Below are positions 32,992 to 42,173 of a DNA stretch of 47,576 nt, in pieces. The position numbers and the translations under genes are program-made. The notes beneath the pieces were generated by a model that saw only the letters and a list, made by a program, of their open reading frames with translations, was not told the DNA's origin and did no database searches. Numbering within the stretch: position 1 is the first letter of the stretch; the number at the start of each line of letters is the position of its first letter. This DNA comes from Thermoleophilia bacterium (GTDB lineage: Bacteria; Actinomycetota; Thermoleophilia; Gaiellales; Gaiellaceae), in the NCBI GenBank assembly GCA_026785685.1, contig JAJAZN010000258.1, positions 1 through 47,576 on the forward strand, given 5' to 3'.

Positions 32992-33879
32992 TCATTCGCC
33001 GGGAGAGACGGGAGAGCGTCGTCGTGCGGCGAGAATCCCGATCCCGATCAGAAGACCGCCGACCACCTGGATCACGTCGATCGTCTCGTCGAGCAGCACG
33101 ACCGCAAAGAGGGCGGCAAGAAACGGCTGCAGGTTCGCAGCGAGCGTGGCGCGCGAGGCCCCGATCCGGTCGAGTGACTTGAACCACAGAATGTTCGTGA
33201 TGACCAGCGGGCCAATCGTCGCGAAGAGGACGAGCACCCAGACCACCCAGCCGAGCTGCCAGTCCTGGGATCGCGTCTGGGGAAGGCCGATCAGTGCGAT
33301 CCCGATCCAGGAGAGCGGCAGCACGATCGCACTGATCCGGACGGGCGAGTACCGCTGCATCAGCGGGGTGATCAGGATCGAGTAGACGGCCCAGCTGGCC
33401 GCGGTCAGGATTCCGAACACGATTCCGGCGGCATCCGCACCGAACTGACCGGTCGCGCCGAGCGCGACGAGGCCGACGCCAACAAAGGACAGGGCCGCAC
33501 CGAGCCAGAAGCGACGCGGCAGGATCTCCGTGCCGAAGGCGAGCCCGATCAGCGCCGCGAAGATCGGCGTTGCGGCCAGGATCAGCGCAATGACGGATGC
33601 GGATGTCGTCTTGAGCGCGTAGACGAACCCGATCTGATTGACGAAGAGCACGAGTGCCGCGCTCCCCACGAGCAGGAAGTCGCCGCGGGCGATCCGGAGC
33701 GACCGCTCGACGGTGACCGCGATGAGGATGAAGAGGAGGGACGCAAGCCCGTAGCGCACGGTCGAGTAGGCAAGCGGCTGGAACCCGTTGGTGAGGATGT
33801 AGCGGCTGACGGTGAGGTTCAGCGCCCACAGCACGATCGCCGAGAGCAGCATCACCTCGACGGACGTAGGCCTGCGCAT
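32992..33879 (-). CDS. DMT/EamA family transporter
   Basis: Two EamA-like repeats, about 10 TM segments; start moved to ATG 33879. Confidence 0.9.
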   Translation of the reverse strand: MRRPTSVEVMLLSAIVLWALNLTVSRYILTNGFQPLAYSTVRYGLASLLFILIAVTVERSLRIARGDFLLVGSAALVLFVNQIGFVYALKTTSASVIALILAATPIFAALIGLAFGTEILPRRFWLGAALSFVGVGLVALGATGQFGADAAGIVFGILTAASWAVYSILITPLMQRYSPVRISAIVLPLSWIGIALIGLPQTRSQDWQLGWVVWVLVLFATIGPLVITNILWFKSLDRIGASRATLAANLQPFLAALFAVVLLDETIDVIQVVGGLLIGIGILAARRRSPVSPGE

Positions 33880-33912
33880 CGGCTTGACGGTAGTCGTTAG
33901 GCTTCCGGCGCG

Positions 33913-34194
33913 ATGACCGACCCGACCATCGACGACATCGAGGCCCTCGTTGGCCCGGCAACACCCCACTTCGCGTTTCAGATCAGGGCGCGCGTTCGGG
34001 AGCTGATCGCCGACCTTCCCTCCGACGATCCCGTTCGTCGATTCGGTGAGGCGAAGATCGTGATGCTCGACGACCTGGGTCATGCGTCCTCGAAGGCCGA
34101 GAACGATACGCCCGAGGAGCCCCGGACGCGGATCGGGTGGGACGAGATCCCCTCCTCGGCGCCGGTCACGCGGCCGCTTCCCCGCACCGGTTGA
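33913..34194 (+). CDS. Hypothetical protein (93 aa)
   Basis: Genome-typical codon usage; stop overlaps the next gene's probable TTG start. Confidence 0.7.
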   Translation: MTDPTIDDIEALVGPATPHFAFQIRARVRELIADLPSDDPVRRFGEAKIVMLDDLGHASSKAENDTPEEPRTRIGWDEIPSSAPVTRPLPRTG

Positions 34195-34931
34195 ACGGCA
34201 GTGAGCTGATGGGACGCTCCGTCCTCGTCACCGGGGGCTCGCGGGGCATTGGCAAGGCGATCGCGCTCCGGCTTGCGCGCGAAGGCGCGACGAAGGTTGC
34301 GATCGGCTACATGCGCTCCGACGCGGCAGCCGAGGAGACGGCGGCTGAGCTACAGACGCTCGGCGCAGAGCCCGTTCTCATCCGCGGCAACATCACCTCC
34401 GACAAAGTGCTCGAGCAGATCACCGAGCTCGGGCCGCTCGACGTCTTCGTCCACAACGCAGCCACGGGCGTGATCCGGCCGGCCCTCGAGACCGAGGACA
34501 AGCACTGGGACTGGACCATCAACGCGAACACGCGCGCGTTCCTCTCCCTCAGCCGCGTGATCGCCCCGTCCATGTCGACCGGCTCGTCGATCGTCGCCAT
34601 CTCGAGCCTCGGCTCGATCCGCGTGCTCGACAACTACGCACTCGTCGGAACCTCCAAGGCGGCCCTCGAATCGCTCGTTCGCTACCTGGCGGTGGAGCTC
34701 GGGCCTGCAGGCATCTGCGTCAACGCCGTGTCGGGGGGCGTGGTCGACACGGGCGCGCTCGATCACTTCCCGAATCGGGAGGAGATGCTCGAGATGGGAT
34801 CGCGGAACGCCGCCGGAAGGATGGTTCTTCCGGCCGACATCGCGGGGGTCGTCGCCTTCCTCGCCTCGCCGGACTCCGACATGATCCGCGGCCAGACACT
34901 GATCGTCGACGGCGGATTCAGCCTGCGGTAG
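34191..34931 (+). CDS. fabL: SDR enoyl-ACP reductase, FabL-like
   Basis: TGGSRGIG; SSLGSIRVLDNYALVGTSKAALESLVRYLAVEL and ALDHFPNREE closely resemble Bacillus FabL; start TTG 34191 or ATG 34209. Confidence 0.8.
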   Translation: MNGSELMGRSVLVTGGSRGIGKAIALRLAREGATKVAIGYMRSDAAAEETAAELQTLGAEPVLIRGNITSDKVLEQITELGPLDVFVHNAATGVIRPALETEDKHWDWTINANTRAFLSLSRVIAPSMSTGSSIVAISSLGSIRVLDNYALVGTSKAALESLVRYLAVELGPAGICVNAVSGGVVDTGALDHFPNREEMLEMGSRNAAGRMVLPADIAGVVAFLASPDSDMIRGQTLIVDGGFSLR

Positions 34932-34985
34932 CTCGCGGTGGAAAAACAGTACCGCGAACGACCGCAGGCTTTCCCCTTCTTCATT
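34920..34985 (+). terminator. Long hairpin terminator overlapping the fabL stop
   Basis: AGCCTGCGGT/ACCGCAGGCT outer stem plus TCGCGGT/ACCGCGA inner stem, followed by a pyrimidine tract. Confidence 0.65.
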
Positions 34986-35083
34986 GAGAATCCCTAAAGA
35001 GGCCCGCCGGCGGGCCTTACTCGGTCTCGCATCTCGACCAGATGCGGTCGAGCACTTCTCGCAGCGTCAACACGGCCCCTACG

Positions 35084-35992
35084 CTACGAACGCCCGACGG
35101 CGCGCCCGACGGTCGCCCTGGCGATCACGCCGGCCATACGAGGGTTCTCCTGCAGGCGGCGGAGCGAGTACTCGTACCACTGACGCCCGAACGGGACGTA
35201 CACGCGGACGGGGTGGCCAGCCGCGACGAGCTCTGTGGCCCGGCCCTCACGGACACCGAGCAGCATCTGGAACTCGTAACCGTCCGCCGGAAGCGCCTCG
35301 ACGCGAGCGAGCGACTCGACAAGGAGGTGCTCGTCGTGTGTGGCGATAGCGACCCGGGAGCCGCAGTCGAGAAGTGCCTCGAGGCAGCTGACATACGACC
35401 GCCGCACCACATCGAAGTCGTGGAACGCGATCGCGCGCGGCTCGACGTAGATCCCCTTGCAGAGACGCACGCTCGGCCGGAGCTCGCGAAGATCGTCAAT
35501 GTCGTTGAGCGTTCGCTTGAGGTGGGCCTGGAGCACGATCCCGACGTTGTCGAGGCCCTCTGCGCGGAGGTCACGATAGATCGCAAGCGTGTCGTCGACA
35601 CACGTTGCGTCCTCCATGTCGATGCGGACGCGAGCGCCCTGTTCTCCGGCAGCACGCACGAGCTCCTCGACGAGCGATCGGCAGAGACCGAGGTCGAACT
35701 TCAGCCCGAGCCCCGTCAGCTTGACGGAGATGTTCGCGTCGAGGCGGTCGCCCTCGATTGCCGCGAGCACGTCGCCGTACATCGAGGCGATCGCGTGCGC
35801 CTCGTCCTCGGTGTGGATCTCCTCACCCAGAACATCGACGGTAGCCGTCTTCCCTGCGGCATTCAGAGTCGCAACCGTGCGGCGCGCATCATCGAGCGTG
35901 GCACCTGCGATGTACGGCGCCGATATCCGACGGACAACCGATCGCGGGACGACGGGGAGCGCGGAGGCGACGGCGCGGTCGAAGAGGCTCAT
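35084..35992 (-). CDS. Monofunctional proline dehydrogenase
   Basis: YIAG, SVKLTGLG, RIDMED, VRLCKGIY, IATHD, EFQMLLGVR, YVPFG..WYEYSLRRLQENP; start ATG 35992. Confidence 0.95.
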   Translation of the reverse strand: MSLFDRAVASALPVVPRSVVRRISAPYIAGATLDDARRTVATLNAAGKTATVDVLGEEIHTEDEAHAIASMYGDVLAAIEGDRLDANISVKLTGLGLKFDLGLCRSLVEELVRAAGEQGARVRIDMEDATCVDDTLAIYRDLRAEGLDNVGIVLQAHLKRTLNDIDDLRELRPSVRLCKGIYVEPRAIAFHDFDVVRRSYVSCLEALLDCGSRVAIATHDEHLLVESLARVEALPADGYEFQMLLGVREGRATELVAAGHPVRVYVPFGRQWYEYSLRRLQENPRMAGVIARATVGRAVGRS

Positions 35993-36005
35993 GCCGATCG
36001 GCCGG

Positions 36006-36299
36006 CTAGGACTCGCGCATGAATCCCTGGCGGGCGGCACTGACGAGCGCCACTGCCTCGGGAAAGAGAATCCGCATCGCGTCACGAAGGGCGCCGGCCT
36101 GCTCCTCGGGCGAGCCGATCGGCTGAACCTGCTTGAGCGCCGCCGCGGTGAGCTCGACGGCCGTGCTCAGGGTGAGCGTCGCGAACTGCTCGCGTTGTGC
36201 CTCCTTGACGCTCTCCGACTGCGTCTCCGCGAAGTCCCGCAGACCTCGAAGGATCTCCTCCGGGTCTCCGCCGAACGGGAAGAAGCCGCCACTTTCCAT
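36006..36299 (-). CDS. Hypothetical protein (97 aa)
   Basis: ATG 36299 lies 6 nt after a TACGCT -10; helical composition. Confidence 0.75.
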   Translation of the reverse strand: MESGGFFPFGGDPEEILRGLRDFAETQSESVKEAQREQFATLTLSTAVELTAAALKQVQPIGSPEEQAGALRDAMRILFPEAVALVSAARQGFMRES

Positions 36300-36345
36300 G
36301 ACGGGAGCGTAGCGGAGCACGACGCTCTACCCTTGTGACACATCG

Positions 36346-36903
36346 TCACAAGCCGAGCGGCACGCGGTACGCACCGACGACCTCACCGAGGAGCTCGTCG
36401 AGCGTGCCCTGGGCGCCCTTCAGCGCAGCAGTGAAGGGCGATGGCGCCGCAGGATCGAGAGCCAGCTCGAGGCGTCGAGTAGCCGCGCCGATCTCGTCGA
36501 GCCGCATCGGAGACGCGAGTTGCGGTGGCACGCCGATCGTCTGCTGGAGAGCGCGGACCGCCTCCTCGGCCTCGTCGATCCCCTCTGGATTCTCGGTGAG
36601 GCGCAGTGCCACGAGCTGCGAGAGCAGCTCGTCGAGGTCGCCACCAACGGCGGACTCCTCGGCGATCTCGCAGAGCGCCGCGATCGAGACGGTGTCCTTG
36701 ATATCCCGGCGGTCGTCGACCGCAGCCCCATCGTCGTCGAGCACGAGCCACGAACGAGCTCCGTCCGGTGTCTCGAAGGCGCAGAGGTACGAGCGCAGGC
36801 CGGGGGTCGCTTCGGCTGGGAGGACGGCGCTCACCGCCCCGGCGGCCGGCGCAAACTCCTCGGCGAGGGTGGCGATGCGCTCGAGGTCGGCGAGCAGCTT
36901 CAC
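36346..36903 (-). CDS. Hypothetical protein
   Basis: Acidic helical ORF; GTG 36903 lies 6 nt after TATTCT (alternative ATG 36924). Confidence 0.75.
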   Translation of the reverse strand: MKLLADLERIATLAEEFAPAAGAVSAVLPAEATPGLRSYLCAFETPDGARSWLVLDDDGAAVDDRRDIKDTVSIAALCEIAEESAVGGDLDELLSQLVALRLTENPEGIDEAEEAVRALQQTIGVPPQLASPMRLDEIGAATRRLELALDPAAPSPFTAALKGAQGTLDELLGEVVGAYRVPLGL

Positions 36904-36938
36904 CTCCCAAGAATAGAGATCCATGGCAGGGTAGGAGC

Positions 36939-37625
36939 GTGTCCGAACGCCGCGACCACGCCAGAGCGCTCTTCGCGCCCCTCGGCCCGACATACGATCG
37001 GGTCGGTGCGACCCTCTCCTTTGGACAGGATCCACGCTGGCGGCGGACGATGGTGCGGCGCGTGCCGCGCGATGGTGGGACCGTGCTCGACGTGGCGACG
37101 GGCACCGGTCTCGTCGCGGCGCGCCTCGTCGCCGCGGGCCACGACGTGACGGGACTCGATCAGAGCGCCGGCATGCTGGCCCTCGCGCGGGAGCGGTTCG
37201 GCGACACTGTCGCTCTCGTCCAGGCATCTGCGACCGAGATTCCCTTTCCGGACGCCTCGTTCGACCACCTCACGTTCACGTACCTGCTCCGCTATGTCGA
37301 CGACCCCGGCGCCACGCTGGCCGAGCTCGCGCGTGTCGTCAGGCCGGGCGGCAGTATCGCCAACCTCGAGTTCTGCGTGCCCCGCGGCATCTGGCGACCA
37401 CTCTGGGATCTGTACGTCGGCTTCGGCCTTCCTGCGGCGGGTCGCGTCGTCTCGCGAGAGTGGTACGACGTGGGCCGGTTTCTCGGTCCCTCGATCCGGG
37501 AGTTCTACGAGCGGTGGCCGCTCCCGCGCCAGCTCGAGCTCTGGAGGGAGGCGGGCATCATCGACGTGCGGGCGCGACGCATGAGCCTGGGAGGCGGGGT
37601 CGTGATCTGGGGGATCAGAGCGTGA
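36939..37625 (+). CDS. Class I SAM methyltransferase, UbiE/MenG-like
   Basis: YDRVGATLSFGQDPRWRR, VLDVATGTG, PFPDASFD, RVVRPGG. Confidence 0.88.
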   Translation: MSERRDHARALFAPLGPTYDRVGATLSFGQDPRWRRTMVRRVPRDGGTVLDVATGTGLVAARLVAAGHDVTGLDQSAGMLALARERFGDTVALVQASATEIPFPDASFDHLTFTYLLRYVDDPGATLAELARVVRPGGSIANLEFCVPRGIWRPLWDLYVGFGLPAAGRVVSREWYDVGRFLGPSIREFYERWPLPRQLELWREAGIIDVRARRMSLGGGVVIWGIRA

Positions 37626-38338
37626 AACCGACCTTTTACGCGCTCGAGCGAGGCGGGTGGCGCGATTACGTGACGCTGCTGCACATTCCCTATACGGCCT
37701 GGCATCTCTCCTACGTCGTCGTGGGTGGGTGTCTCGCCGCCAGCGTCTCGTGGAATCGGCTCGGGCTCACGGTCCTCGCCTTCTTCCTCGCAATGGGCAT
37801 TGGCGCCCATGCGCTCGATGAGCTCGCCGGTCGGCCACTTTGCACGGCCATTCCCTCGTCGATTCTCGTCGCTCTCGCTCTCGCTTCGATCGTCGCCGCC
37901 TGTGCGATCGGCATCGTGGTGGCGCTCGACTTCAGCCTCTGGATCGTTCCCCTGATTGCGATCGGATCATTCCTCGTCCCTGCCTACAATCTCGAGCTCT
38001 TCGATGGCCGGTTCCATTCCGATCTCTGGTTCGCCGTCGCATGGGGTGCGTTCCCGGTGATCACCGGCTACGTCGCTTGCGAGGGTTCGCCGCGGCTCGT
38101 TGCCTTCGTCGCTGCGGGGTGGGCCACGGCGCTCTCCCTCGCCCAGCGGCGGCTGTCGACGCCCGTGCGGCGGGTTCGCCGAGAGGTTGTCTCGGTCGAC
38201 GGCAAGCTCGGGCTCGCGAGCGGCGACCACGAACCAATCACCCGCGAGCTTCTGGTCTCCGCTCCGGAAGGTGCGTTGCGACTCCTCACAATCGCGACCG
38301 TCTTGATCGCCGCTGCGCTCGTCACCGTTCGCCTATAG
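37622..38338 (+). CDS. UbiA-prenyltransferase-like membrane protein (divergent)
   Basis: Multi-TM; LLHIPYT, AHALDELAGRP, AYNLE; GTGA coupling to the methyltransferase. Confidence 0.6.
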   Translation: MKPTFYALERGGWRDYVTLLHIPYTAWHLSYVVVGGCLAASVSWNRLGLTVLAFFLAMGIGAHALDELAGRPLCTAIPSSILVALALASIVAACAIGIVVALDFSLWIVPLIAIGSFLVPAYNLELFDGRFHSDLWFAVAWGAFPVITGYVACEGSPRLVAFVAAGWATALSLAQRRLSTPVRRVRREVVSVDGKLGLASGDHEPITRELLVSAPEGALRLLTIATVLIAAALVTVRL

Positions 38339-38347
38339 CGTTCCGGC

Positions 38348-39265
38348 GTGGCCGTCTGGATTCTCATCGCTTGCCTTGTTGCCGCTCTGGCTCTAGCGCT
38401 CGGTCTCTGGCTCGCTCTACGACGGGCTCACGCGCGCGCGACGGCAACCGCTGTGCTTGCCGCCGAGGCAAGGACGCAGGTCGCCGCGATCGTCGCTGAG
38501 GAGACGGCGGCGCATACCGAGGAGATCCGGCGCACGTTGGCGCGTGAACGTGCAGACACGATCTCGCAGCTGGCAGCCGAGGAACGCCGACTCGGCGAGG
38601 AGCGTCGGACAACGTTCGCGGAACGCGAGCGACGCGCTGGAGAGGCTCTTGCAGACACCCTCGCCGATGTCGAGCGACGTCTCGATGAACGACTTCAGGG
38701 CGTCTCCGACGACCTCGAGCGGTCGCAGCGGCACATCGAGACGCAGCTCGCCAACCTGACGCAGCGACAGCAACTGGCGGTAGCCGAGGTCGAAGCACGG
38801 ATCGACCGGGACGCGGCCGAGCTCGGGTCGACGAACGACGAGCAACGCCGCGCAGTGATCAGGCTGCGCGAGGAGCTCGAGCGGGCAGCCGCATCGGCCG
38901 TTGGCGAAGCGCTCGACGAACTGGAGTCACAGACGATCGAGCGCCGCCGTGCGATCGAGGAGATCACGGAGCGACTGCGGACGCGGGAGGCCGCAATCGC
39001 CGAAGGCGTCGAGCAGGCGGAGACCGACGCGCGAGCGCGCCTCGAGCTGACGCTGATCGAGTTCGAACGCCGCCAGACCGAGCGGCTCGAGCGCGTGACC
39101 GAGCGTGAGATCGAGCGGCACGCCCAGATCGCGGCGACAGCGTACGACGAGCGTATGCGCGAGATCAGGGAAGAAGCGGCTACGAAGCTCGGTCGAGAAC
39201 TCGACCATGCTGTCGACGTGATGGCGCGCGACGAGCTCGCGCGTAGGCTCGAAGGCCGCGAGTAG
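38348..39265 (+). CDS. Membrane-anchored long coiled-coil protein
   Basis: N-terminal TM helix then about 270 aa rich in E/R/A. Confidence 0.85.
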   Translation: MAVWILIACLVAALALALGLWLALRRAHARATATAVLAAEARTQVAAIVAEETAAHTEEIRRTLARERADTISQLAAEERRLGEERRTTFAERERRAGEALADTLADVERRLDERLQGVSDDLERSQRHIETQLANLTQRQQLAVAEVEARIDRDAAELGSTNDEQRRAVIRLREELERAAASAVGEALDELESQTIERRRAIEEITERLRTREAAIAEGVEQAETDARARLELTLIEFERRQTERLERVTEREIERHAQIAATAYDERMREIREEAATKLGRELDHAVDVMARDELARRLEGRE

Positions 39266-39320
39266 CCCCAACCATTCTCGGAAGGGATCGTCTAACCGAT
39301 CACGAATCCGCGTGGCACGC

Positions 39321-39524
39321 ATGGCAGAGATCATCGAAACCCACATCGAGCAGGACAACGAACAGGCCAAGGTCGAGAGCTGGCGCCTCCACGTCCTGAT
39401 CGAGGCCGGCTTTCCGCTTCCCCTTGCCGAGCAGCTCGCTGCGAGCGAGGCAGATCTCCACACGTGCTCCGACCTGCTGCGGCAGGGCTGCACGCCGCTC
39501 ACAGCGGCGCAGATCCTCCTGTAG
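39321..39524 (+). CDS. Small hypothetical protein
   Basis: MAEIIETH..WRLHVLIEAGF..DLH..GC..AAQILL; start may be 39312. Confidence 0.7.
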   Translation: MAEIIETHIEQDNEQAKVESWRLHVLIEAGFPLPLAEQLAASEADLHTCSDLLRQGCTPLTAAQILL

Positions 39525-39549
39525 CGACTCAGCCGTCTACGCTGCCGGG

Positions 39550-40704
39550 GTGAAGGTCGAGGCAACGTTTCATGGTGACCGAAAGGTCTTCAGCGTCGCC
39601 GCGTTCAACGAGGGGATCGGGATCTACCTCAGGCGGCTCCCCGTACTCTGGGTCGAGGGCGAGGTGATCGAGCTACGTCGCAACGACGCGTGGGCGTTCG
39701 TCTTCTTCACCCTCCGAGACCCGGCGAGCGGCGCCTGCATCAGCGCCACGATCCCGCGACGGCGGTTCGATGCACTCGAGCTCGCCCTTGCGGACGGCGA
39801 GAAGGTTCTGGTGGAGGGCAAGGCCGAGATCTACGCCGCCAAGGGCGCACTCAGCTTCCGAGCCACCACGATCGAACGCGTTGGGCTCGGCGATCACCTC
39901 GCCGCGATCGAGCGTCTAAAGCGACTCCTCGCCGCCGAGGGGCTGTTCGCTACCGAGCGGAAGCGCGCTCTCCCCCGCTTTCCTCGCGCGATCGGCGTCG
40001 TCACGGGCGCCGACGCTGCAGCTCGTGGCGATGTCCTGACAGGAATCCAGTCGAGGTACCCGGCAGCGAAAATCGTGATCATCGAGGCGCGGGTGCAGGG
40101 AGCCGGGGCACCGAGGGCAATCGCCGACGCACTGCAGCGCGTCGCAGCGCACCCGTCCGTTGACGTCGTCATCGTCGCCCGCGGCGGCGGCAGCTTCGAC
40201 GATCTCCTGCCGTTCAGCTCCGAGGTTGTCGTGCGGGCGTTCGCTGCGTGCCCGGTCCCCGTTGTCTCGGCCGTAGGCCATGAGCAGGACACGCCACTCT
40301 GCGACCTCGCCGCCGATGTCCGCGCATCGACGCCCACGGCGGCGGCCCGGCTCGTCGTCCCGGATCTGCGCGAGCTTCAGACTGCGTTGGGGCGTCACCG
40401 GACCGCAATCGACAGTGCCGTCCGCCGCTCTCTCGGCCGGGAGCGAGAGCGGCTGAACCGCAGCCGCGACCGACTCGGCAACGCACCCGTGCTCCTGCTC
40501 GAGCGTCGTCGGGTCACACTCGACCACGCCGCCGCACGACTCCAGGCACTCTCGCCGCGTGCAACACTCACCAGAGGCTACGCGATCGTGCGCTCCGGCG
40601 GCATTGCGCTGCGCGACGCATCCGACGCTGCGCCCGGAGTGCGCGTCGAGGTCGAGCTCGCGCTCGGGAGCCTGACGGCAACGGTGGAGGAGGCGCAGAC
40701 ATGA
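39550..40704 (+). CDS. xseA: Exodeoxyribonuclease VII large subunit
   Basis: WVEGEV, FFTLRD, RVQG, VARGGGSFDDL, SAVGHEQD, ASTPTAAA; start GTG 39550. Confidence 0.96.
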   Translation: MKVEATFHGDRKVFSVAAFNEGIGIYLRRLPVLWVEGEVIELRRNDAWAFVFFTLRDPASGACISATIPRRRFDALELALADGEKVLVEGKAEIYAAKGALSFRATTIERVGLGDHLAAIERLKRLLAAEGLFATERKRALPRFPRAIGVVTGADAAARGDVLTGIQSRYPAAKIVIIEARVQGAGAPRAIADALQRVAAHPSVDVVIVARGGGSFDDLLPFSSEVVVRAFAACPVPVVSAVGHEQDTPLCDLAADVRASTPTAAARLVVPDLRELQTALGRHRTAIDSAVRRSLGRERERLNRSRDRLGNAPVLLLERRRVTLDHAAARLQALSPRATLTRGYAIVRSGGIALRDASDAAPGVRVEVELALGSLTATVEEAQT

Positions 40705-40919
40705 GCGGCGAGGAGGAGACGTTCGAGAAACTCAGGCTCGAACTCGAGGAGATCGTGGGCAAGCTCGAGCGCGGGGACGTCGCCGTGGACGAGGCGATTC
40801 GGCTGTGGGAGCGTGGCGAGGACCTTCACCGTCGCTGTGCGACGCTCCTCGACGCGGCGGAAGGCCGGCTCGAGGAGCTGTCGGCGAGCACGGATGACAA
40901 GCGCACCTCCAATCTGTAA
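40701..40919 (+). CDS. xseB: Exodeoxyribonuclease VII small subunit
   Basis: TFE..LEEIVGKLERG..EAIRLWERG..LLDAAE; ATGA overlap with xseA. Confidence 0.95.
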   Translation: MSGEEETFEKLRLELEEIVGKLERGDVAVDEAIRLWERGEDLHRRCATLLDAAEGRLEELSASTDDKRTSNL

Positions 40920-40928
40920 GGTCAGCAC

Positions 40929-41339
40929 ATGCCTCAGCCATCCGTAGATCTCATCCGCGCCGTACCACTGTTTTCCGATCTCGACGACAAGACTGCCGGG
41001 AGTCTCGCGAGCGAGTTCGTCGAGCGTCATTTCGACGAGGGTGCGGCCATTGCGACCGAAGGGTCGGACGGCCTCAACTTCTTCATCGTGGCGAGCGGCG
41101 AGGCTTCGGTCAGCGTGCAAGGAGAGCAGGTCGGCGCGTTGGGCCCGGGTGCTTCGTTCGGCGAGGTGGCCCTCGTCGATAAGTCCGCCCGGACGGCGAC
41201 GGTGACGGCGACGTCGCCGATGGTCGCCTACGCCCTCCCGGTCTGGAGCTTCCGGCCGTTTCTGGAAGAGCGGCCCGAACTCGCGTGGAAGCTGCTCGAG
41301 ATTCTTGCCGGAATGCTGCGTTCCGCCCAGTCACGCTAG
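40929..41339 (+). CDS. Stand-alone cyclic-nucleotide-binding domain protein
   Basis: VPLFSDL, FFIVASG, SFGEVALV..SARTATV (phosphate-binding cassette); no HTH. Confidence 0.92.
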   Translation: MPQPSVDLIRAVPLFSDLDDKTAGSLASEFVERHFDEGAAIATEGSDGLNFFIVASGEASVSVQGEQVGALGPGASFGEVALVDKSARTATVTATSPMVAYALPVWSFRPFLEERPELAWKLLEILAGMLRSAQSR

Positions 41340-41345
41340 CGGGCA

Positions 41346-41912
41346 GTGATCAGCGCGCCGGATGGTGAACTGTCCGACGCACAGCTCGTAGCAGGCTGCC
41401 GTAAAGGCGATCCGGCAGCCTGGAACGCTCTCGTCGAACGATTTTCGCGCTACGTCTCTGCGATCGCTACCCAGGCGTTCCGGCTGTCCGAGCACGACGC
41501 CGAAGACGTGTTCCAGGACGTCTTCGCGAAGACGTATGAGCGACTTGGCTCGCTACGCTCGGATGATGCGATTCGCCCATGGATCGGTCAGTTGACGCGC
41601 AACTGCTGCCTCGACCTGCTGCGATCGTCGAGTCGCGTCGTGCTCGTAGAGGAGCCCGAGGAGCGAATCGCCGACGAGGTGATCGCGAAGCTTGACGAGG
41701 CGATGGCGGTGCGCACCAGCCTTGCTCGACTCAGCCCGGAATGCCAGGAGGTTCTCGACCGGTTCTTCAGCAGGGACGAGAGCTACCGTACGATAGGCGC
41801 GGCCCTCGGCATCCCCGCCGGCACGATCGCGAGCAGGATCTCCCGCTGTCTCGGCCATCTCCGTACCCATCTCGAGGGAAGAAACCCGGCCGCTGCTCCG
41901 TCAAGTGAATAG
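41346..41912 (+). CDS. ECF sigma-70 factor
   Basis: SDAQLVAGC..AWNALVERF, DAEDVFQDVF, SYRTIGAALGIPAGTIASRISRCL. Confidence 0.92.
   Translation: MISAPDGELSDAQLVAGCRKGDPAAWNALVERFSRYVSAIATQAFRLSEHDAEDVFQDVFAKTYERLGSLRSDDAIRPWIGQLTRNCCLDLLRSSSRVVLVEEPEERIADEVIAKLDEAMAVRTSLARLSPECQEVLDRFFSRDESYRTIGAALGIPAGTIASRISRCLGHLRTHLEGRNPAAAPSSE
41874..41907 (+). promoter_or_regulatory. Putative ECF-type promoter GAGGGAAGA-N16-CGTCAAGTG inside the 3' end of the sigma gene
   Basis: Same elements and 16-nt spacer as 44532-44565; 14 nt before ATG 41922. Confidence 0.7.
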
Positions 41913-41921
41913 GTGATCAAG

Positions 41922-42173
41922 ATGTCGACATCCAACGAAGAGCGTCTAGGCGAGCTGCTCCGCCTGCTGCCCGAAGCCCCGACCGGCTGGGTCACGGCGG
42001 CGCAGGAGCTGCCTGTGGCACGCGTCGAGCTCGATGCGCTCGTCGAGCGGGCCGAGGCAGACGCTGCCTTCCGGGCCTCCGTTGTGGCCGATCTCGAGGT
42101 GGCGATCCGCGCTACCGGAGTCGAGCCGAGCCCCGTCGTCGTCGAGCACCTGCGCAAGCGCCTCTCCCCGTGA
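41922..42173 (+). CDS. Small protein (83 aa) in the anti-sigma position with an NHLP-leader-like C-terminal half
   Basis: LVERAEADAAFRASVVADLEVAIRATG resembles the RA..D..FR..L..D pattern of nitrile-hydratase-like leader domains; start may be 41913. Confidence 0.65.
   Translation: MSTSNEERLGELLRLLPEAPTGWVTAAQELPVARVELDALVERAEADAAFRASVVADLEVAIRATGVEPSPVVVEHLRKRLSP

Noticed and set aside
38348-39265. RNase Y, RmuC or ATP synthase subunit b assignment
   Set aside because: Only a TM helix plus coiled coil is visible; no KH/HD or nuclease domain and no atp operon context.
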